DNA from: Chiloscyllium plagiosum
Lineage: Eukaryota
NCBI RefSeq assembly: GCF_004010195.1
Contig: NC_057719.1
Location: 39,269,218 to 39,311,299 of the forward strand
Reading direction: 5' to 3'
Length of the DNA: 42,082 bases
A model generated the notes under the pieces. That model saw nothing but the letters and a program-made list of their open reading frames with translations, was not told the origin of the DNA and searched no databases. Below are positions 35,480 through 42,082 of the stretch, piece by piece. How positions within the stretch are numbered: position 1 is the stretch's first letter; the number at the start of each line of letters is the position of its first letter. Made by a program: the position numbers and the translations under genes.

Positions 35480-36695
35480 ACAGAATTAGCTAATGGCAGG
35501 AAACAGCAAGTGGGGATAAGCTCTTTTTCAGGTTGGCAATCTGTTCCTAGTGGATAATTGTTGAGACTGCAACTGTTTACAATATACATTATGACTTGGA
35601 GGAAGGAAGTGAATGTACTGTAGCTAAATGTGTAGATGACACAAATTGGTGGAAAGACAGGTTGTGATAGGGATACAAATAACAGAGATAGTGATAGATT
35701 AAGTAAATTGCCAAATGGGGTATGTGAAATTATTCATTTTGGAATGAAGAACAAAAGAGCTACATGCTATTCAACTAGAGAATAACTTTAGAATGCTGCA
35801 ACACAAAGGGACTTCAGGGTAACTGCAGAGATTAGAGTCGAGAGTGTTGTGCTGGAAAAGCACAGCAGGTCAGGCAGCATCAGAGGAGCAGGATAATCAG
35901 TGTTTCGGGCAAAAGCCCTTCATCATGAATGAAGCTGGGAGCCTTGGGGGTGGATGGATAAATCTCTCCACCACTGAGGCTCCCAGCCTCATTCCTGATA
36001 ATGGACTTTTACCCAAAACGTCGTTTTTCCAGCTCCTCGGATGCTGCCTGACCTACTGTGCTTTTCCAGCACCACACTCAATTAAAGCAGGCCCTTATTC
36101 AAATGGGTTTGGAGCATATGAGTGGGGAAGTCTTAGTGTGACTTACAAGGTGCTACTGAGTCCACGTCTTGAGAATTATGGGCAGTTTTGGTCGCCTTAT
36201 TTAAAGGAAAGATATCATTTCATTGGAGACCGTTCAGAAATTCCCTCCTATGGAGAGATTGTCTGGAGCAAAGACTAAACAGGTTGGGACTCTACTCACT
36301 GGAGTTTAGAAAAATGGGAGGTGATCTTGTTGAAACATATAGTATGCTTAAGGGGCTTGACAGGGTAAATGCTGACAGGATGTTTCCCTCGTGGGAGAAT
36401 CTAGGACCCCGAGGGCATAGTCTCAGAATAAAAGGGTGCCAATTTAAGACAGATGAAGAGGAATTTCTTCTCTCAGATGCTTGAGAGTCTTTAGAATTCA
36501 CCACAGAGAGGTGTCTGTGGATAGAGTCCTTGTGTATATTTAAGGCTGAGATAAATAAATTCTTGGGGAATCAAGGGTTACAGGGAAAAGGCAGAAAAGT
36601 GGATGTGAGGACTGTTGGATCAGCCATGATCCTAATGGTGGAGCTGGCTCAAGGCAGTGAACGGTCAACTCCTGTTCCTATTTCTTATGGTCTAA
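35480..36695 (+). mobile_element. Decayed CR1 LINE, interrupted by a PLE inverted pair
   Basis: gatgacacaaa (DDT of RT), YKVLLSPRLENYGQFWSPYLK, LGLYSLEFRKMGGDLVETY, tail ttcttatggtc. Confidence 0.85.
35830..36080. mobile_element. Inverted pair of PLE family A termini (diverged)
   Basis: gtgctggaaaagcacagcaggtcaggcagcat...tttcgggcaaaagcccttcatca / attcctgataatggacttttacccaaaacgtcg...cttttccagcaccacactc. Confidence 0.8.
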
Positions 36696-37598
36696 TCAAA
36701 TCAATTATAAGTACCAATGAAACTAAGGTAATTACACCTGGCTGGGTCTGCTGCTGAAAAATGAGTTGACCCAAGTGGACCTGTGAAGGTACGACTGATC
36801 ATATCACAAAGTTTAGATTAGAAAAGAAGGGCATGGATCTCAAATATAACTTCTAAATTAGAAGATAGTTAACTTCCATTGGAATGGTTTCATAAACACT
36901 TATTGGGTAAACAGCCTTTTCTTTTTTGCATCTCCGTCTAAATCTCTTGTTTAAAACCTTAAATCTCCGTAATCTAATCTTTGTACCACTAGCTAATGTG
37001 AACATATTTGTTTTTGACTACCTTGTAGGCTCCTGCTGATTCACATTTATGCATTTGTCTTTATGGATAACTTTCATTAATTGGGAATTAAACTGGCAAA
37101 TTATCTAGCTTGGAAAACGTTGAGTCCAGAAATGAAAATACAAGAATGAGCTGCATTTCAAATAGCTGCTTTGGTGGAGCAGCAGAGAGAAAAATTGATC
37201 TGAAAGAAACTGTTTACTCTCTTTGTTGTTCTCAGTCTCTCTTGCAGAACCAAAGCTCATTAGTCAACCAAATCAAAGAAATATCTGATCATGTGGATCT
37301 TAAAGATATCTACAGTATTCACAGTTGCTGCTGACCAAGGATATCCCTAAACAACCATCATTTCAGATGAGGTATAGCTATGTACTAAAAGTAAATAAGA
37401 CCTTAGTTGCAGCTAACCAAAAAAGAGATTATAAAAAGCAGAGCAAAGTCAACTCTCCTCACCTGGTCAGAAAATATTAAAGAAACTTGTTAGTGTTACA
37501 AGGATAGAGCACAGCTTTGATTGGATTTTACTGGAGTATTTTAGAGACTGACTGACTGAAAAGCGGGCGGTGGCAATAGATATCCGATTAGTCAATTA

Positions 37599-37829
37599 TT
37601 GTGGTTCTGTTCGCCAAGCTGGGAATTTGTGTTGCAGACGTTTTGTCCCCTGTCTAGGTGACATCTCAGAGCTTGGGAGCCTGCTGTGAAGCGCTTCTGT
37701 GATGTTTGCTCCAGCATCTGAGGATGTCACCTAGACAGGTGACGAAATGTCTGCAACACAAATTCCCAGCTTGGCGAACAGAACCACAACAACGAGCACC
37801 CGAACTATAAATCTTCTCACAAACTTTGA
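37599..37829. mobile_element. Palindromic PLE-derived mini-element (family C) with 12-bp TSD
   Basis: TSD attagtcaatta at 37587-37598 and 37830-37841. Inverted arms ttgtggttctgttcgccaagctgggaatttgtgttgcagac... / ...tctgcaacacaaattcccagcttggcgaacagaaccacaa, then a ~40-bp tail. Confidence 0.82.
37714..37754 (+). ncRNA. Hammerhead ribozyme motif (family C)
   Basis: GCA-t-CTGAGGA-t-GTCACCT/agac/AGGTGAC (7-bp stem II)-GAAA-TGTC-TGC; GUC triplet ending at 37751. Confidence 0.55.
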
Positions 37830-38983
37830 ATTAGTCAATTAAATGGCGTATTATCAGCCATCTCTCCCAGTGGCCTCCCTCAGGATTCCAGTGTGGTTGG
37901 GTATGGTCAGGTGTGAGGCATACTCCTTTATCACTGCTCATGAGCCAAAGAGTCCTTCCCTGTCAAAATGGATAAAGCCCTACAGGAAGGTATACCCACA
38001 TTAATCCTCCATACTTCAAACTAGGATTTTTTTTTTAATTGCAGAAATAAATAAATGCAGGCAAATTATTTAACAATATTCCCTTCCAATAATCATCAAG
38101 AACTAGTCACCCACAGAAATGGAACTAGTGACCTCAGTTTGTTTTTTCTTCCTCCCTACAGGGGAGCATTTTACTCAGAGTCACAACATTCAGAGTTATT
38201 GTGAAACTGGATAGATAATTACAGATTTGAACTTATTTCAGATCACTGGGTTTAAAAACACAATGTGCCACTATTCTAACTAAGCATCATATTATTTTTA
38301 AAAATGATCAAATAAAAAGTATACCTACCAAACATATATTTTGGAATGTTGAATATATTATAGAAAATATCGCGAATCCAAATGAAGAGTGATATACCCT
38401 AATTGCCAGAAGCATAAGTTATGATTTGTTTGTTTTGTTTTTGAAAATATCTGTTAAAATCTGTTAATATATCACTTAATACAAGCAGTTTGACAATATA
38501 GAGATAATTTGCAAAATACTGCTCGACTGATATTACAAGCTGCAGTACGGTGGTAATTTTTATTCATTTCGAAGCAGCAGGGTTTGTGTTAAGGTCTCCC
38601 AGCTGTGCTGTAAGATTTGCTGCTCGCGAAACACATTCTTCAAATGTTTGGATGGAAAATGGCTGATGGGGGCTGTTCAAATAATCTGCAGTATCAGTTC
38701 AGTGTCAGCACTGTATGTTCCAGAAATGGAATATAGTTTATTCAAAGCTTTGCTCCCCTCCCCTTTCACATTGTGTGCCTAACATTCCATCTATTTCTCT
38801 GCAGTAAAACAATTCAAATTATGCATGAACAATAGAGGTTCATTCTTTCTGCAAGTAAACACATAGTGGCAGATTATTCTTTTACTTTAAAAAGACAATA
38901 TAAGAGCAGCCTAATACTAACATGTACTTCCCAGTGAATTACAGAGCTGTGTGTCTGTTAGTTGAGTCTGTAACATTTATGAT

Positions 38984-39819
38984 GAGAGAGTCAGAGTCAT
39001 ACAGCATGGAAAGACCCTCCAGTTCAACGTATCCAGGCCAACTAAATTAGTCCCATTTGCCTGCGGTCGGCTCATATCCCTCTAAACTTTTCCTATTCAT
39101 GGAGAAAGTGAGGACTGCAGATGCTGGAGATCAGAGCTGAAAATGTGTTGCTGGAAAAGCACAGCAGGTCAGGCAGCATCCAAGGAGCAGTAGAATCGAC
39201 GTTTCAGGCATAAGCCTGAAGAAGGGCTTATGCCCGAAACGTCGATTCTTCTTTTCCTATTCGTGTACCTGTCCAAATGTCTTAAATGTTGTAACTGTAC
39301 CTGCAGCCACCACTTCCTCTGGCAGTTCCTTCTATAAATGAACCACGCAATGTGTGAAAAGGTTGCCCCTCTGGTCCCTTTTAAATCTTTCTCCTCTCAC
39401 CTTGAAATTGAACTCCCCTATCCTCGGGAAAAGAACTTTACTATTCACATTATCTATGCACCTCATGATTTTATAAACTCCATGAGGTCATCCCTCAGCC
39501 TCCAACGCTCCAGGGAAAAAAGTACCAGCCTTTCCTTATAACCTTAAACCCTCCAGTCCCAATAGCATCCTTGTAAATCTTTTCTGCACCCTCTCCAATT
39601 TAATAATATCTGTCCTATAACAGGGTGACCAGAACTGTACACAGTATTCCAAAAATGGCCTCACCAATGTCCCTGCTCATATACTCAATGGTCTAAGCAA
39701 TGAAGGCAAGCCAAACGCCTTCTTTACCACCCTGTCTACCTACGAGGCAACTTTCAAAAAACTATATACCTGAACATCTAGATCTGTCTGTTCAACAACA
39801 CTCCCAGGGCCCTATCATT
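38984..39819 (-). mobile_element. CR1 LINE 3' portion (resumes about 40141-40196), hosting a PLE element and an HE1 SINE
   Basis: Reverse complement of the CR1 type at 24390-24905 (ccagaactgtacacagtattcc = EYCVQFW; tail gagtcatacagcatggaaa). Confidence 0.85.
39101..39250. mobile_element. PLE family A terminus with short inverted arm and ~15-bp TSD
   Basis: cttttcctattcatg (39087-39101) / cttttcctattcgtg (39251-39265); contains CTGAAGA-A-GGGC-ttat-GCCC-GAAA-CGTC at 39216-39243. Confidence 0.85.
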
Positions 39820-40137
39820 GGGGCGGCATGGCGGCTCAGTGGTTAGCACTGCTTCCTCACAGCGCCAGGGATCCAGGTTCGATTCCAGCCTTGGGTGACT
39901 GTCTGTGTGGAGTTTGCACATTCTCCCTGTGTCTGCGTGGGTTTCCTCCAGGTGCTCTGGCTTCCTCCCACAGTCCAAAGATGTGCAGATCAGGTGAATT
40001 AGCCATTCGAAATTGCCCATAGTGTCAGGTGCATTAGTCAGATGGAAATGGGTCTGGGTGGGTTACTCGGAGGGTCAGTGTGGACTTGTTGGGCCGAAGG
40101 ACCTGTTTCCACACTGTAGGGAATCGAATCTAATCTA
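39820..40137 (+). mobile_element. HE1/V-SINE, full length
   Basis: A box tggcggctcagtgg, B box ggttcgattcc (39876-39886), V core, aatct tail, TSD atcatt (39814-19 / 40138-43). Confidence 0.92.
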
Positions 40138-40293
40138 ATCATTAACTGTGTAAGTCATGCCCTTGTTTGTCTTGCATTTATCTAAATTAAGCTCCATTTC
40201 ATAAAAATGATTTGAGGAAATGGAGTATTCTACTGAAACGAATAGGGTGTAGGAAGGGAAGATCTTTCACAATGTTCATTCCATATCACATTT

Positions 40294-40608
40294 GATTAGG
40301 TTTGATTACATTACAGCGTGGAAACAGGCCCTTCGGCCCAACAAGTCCACACCGACCCGCCGAAGCACAACCCACCCATGCCCCTACATTTACCCCTTAC
40401 CTAACACTACGGGCAATTTAGCACAGCCAATTCACCTGACCTGCACATTTTTGGACTGTGGGAGGAAACCGGAGCACCTGGAGGAAACCCATGCAGACAC
40501 TGGGAGAACGTGCAAACTCCACACAGTCAGTTGCCTGAGGCGGGAATTGAACCCGGGTCTCAGGCGCTGTGAGGCAGCAGTGCTAACCAATGTGCCACCA
40601 TGCCGCCC
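40294..40608 (-). mobile_element. HE1/V-SINE, full length
   Basis: Reverse complement head gggcggcatggtggcacattggttagcactgctgcctcacagcgcc, B box gggttcaattcc, V core. Confidence 0.92.
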
Positions 40609-41109
40609 AGCTTCTTTATAGCTGAAGATGATTTTTAAGTACTAATTTATTTTCCGCCCAATGTTGCCATTTTCTTCTTTCCCTTCATATTCCAAGTAAA
40701 TAAATCATCGACTTGCAGAGTAGACATGAAATATTTTCCTTTGCCTCTGCCAACTGCCACTTGCAATAATATCCATGATGCCAGGAAGTACATAAAAACA
40801 TGTCCCACACTTCGGTTCAACATCTCACAGGATAGTATAGGAGTCTCAAACACTAGTCCCTGAATTTAATGTAATTGTATAAAGAGAAAGATTTGTTAAA
40901 CATGAGATAATTTGATTTTGAAAGAACACTGGGTACATTCACAGTGTAAAATTTGTTGTTACACTTCTAGTTGGGAATATGAGTTCAATAAAGAAGGGAA
41001 TACCTTAATTGATGAACAGATTATTTGGAAAGAAAGGAGAAAACCTGAAGAAAGATTTGTTCCTCTTTACATTATTCTGTTCTGCCTCATCAAAAAAAAA
41101 ACAAAAAAA

Positions 41110-41835
41110 TTAATACCAGTTGGGGGTAACAGCTACTAATTCCATATCCTTGTTAATGGAAATGACAACATATAGGGAAAGGAAAAGGTAAGTGGGATAA
41201 TGTAATCACAATGTGGGACAAAGTATACAAGGAATATCAGGTGTTTGTGATAAAGGCACAGCAATAGCCATGGTGACTTTAATTTATATATAAACTGGAA
41301 AAGTCACATTGGCAGTGGAAGCCCGGATGAGGATTTCAAAGAATGCCTTTGAGATAGTTTCTTGGAGCAGTACATTCTGGAATTGACCAGAGAGCATGTC
41401 ATATTAGACTTTATATTGTGTATTGTGACATGATTGATTAATGAGTAAAGGAGAGTAGCAGTAATCATAATTTAATTGAATTTTGCACGAAAGTGGAGTT
41501 AGCTGAAGTGAACAGTCATATCAGGCTAGGGGATAAATCAATAAACATGCAATCATCTATTTAAGATGATAATTCAAATACTCAGAATGACAATATTCTT
41601 GCTGTAAAAAATAAACATTCCAAATGGAAGACACAATATCTGGTTAACTAAAGAAGTTAGGAAAAGCATCAAACTTGAAAGAAAGCATAACTGAAAATTA
41701 ATGGCAGGTCAGATGATTGGTCAGGATATAAAGAACAGCAGAGAATGACTAAAAGGTTAATCAGGAGGAAGATATTAGATTTTGAGAGGAAGGAATGTGA
41801 AAACAGACTTTCTACAAGTATTTTAAAAGGAAAAT
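41110..41835 (+). mobile_element. Decayed CR1 ORF2 endonuclease/linker fragment
   Basis: atggtgactttaat (GDFN-like), ttcttggagcagtac (FLEQY), atattagactt (ILDL); many stops. Confidence 0.5.
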
Positions 41836-41841
41836 AATAAG

Positions 41842-42082
41842 ATAGAGTCATAGAGATGTACAGCATGGAAACAGACCTTTCGGTCCAACCTATCCATGCC
41901 GACCAGATATCCCAACCCAATCTCATCCCACCTGCCAGCACCCGGCCCATATCCCTCCAAACCCTTCCTATTCATATACCCATCCAAATGCCTTTTAAAT
42001 GTTGCAATTGTACCAGCCTCCACCACTTCCTCTGGCAGCTCATTCCATACACGTACCACCCTCTGTGAAAAAATTGCCCCTT
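41842..42082 (-). mobile_element. CR1 LINE 3' end, continues beyond the window
   Basis: VRVWNELPEEVVEAGTIATFKRHLDGYMNRKGLEGYGP; closely similar to the reverse complement of 24680-24900. Confidence 0.92.

Noticed and set aside
39820..39895. tRNA gene
   Set aside because: The tRNA-like head continues into the V-SINE core and tail with a TSD; it is a SINE.

Overview
Vertebrate (cartilaginous fish, probably shark) genomic DNA, judged from HE1/V-SINE-type SINEs, CR1 LINEs and Penelope-like elements (PLEs). One spliced protein-coding gene lies on the minus strand. I assembled eight coding exons by hand (35057-34889, 26475-25866, 23523-23403, 21567-21487, 19324-19224, 16931-16727, 1583-1464, 1370-1218). 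All have GT-AG boundaries and compatible phases, giving about 520 aa with no stop. The product resembles the Sec6/EXOC3 family (TNFAIP2/EXOC3L-like). Its 3' end runs off the left edge, where an L1 5' end sits in the intron. Much of the rest is transposon-derived: CR1 fragments, HE1 SINEs, a deleted Gypsy element with a nested PLE and a nested young CR1, a probable solo LTR with an E2F/E-box array, and two local tandem duplications. The most striking signal is a set of short, often palindromic, TSD-flanked PLE-derived elements from three sequence families that carry minimal hammerhead ribozyme cores (CTGAnGA-stem II-GAAA-NUH). Repeat boundaries are approximate and family names come from recognition, not from database searches.
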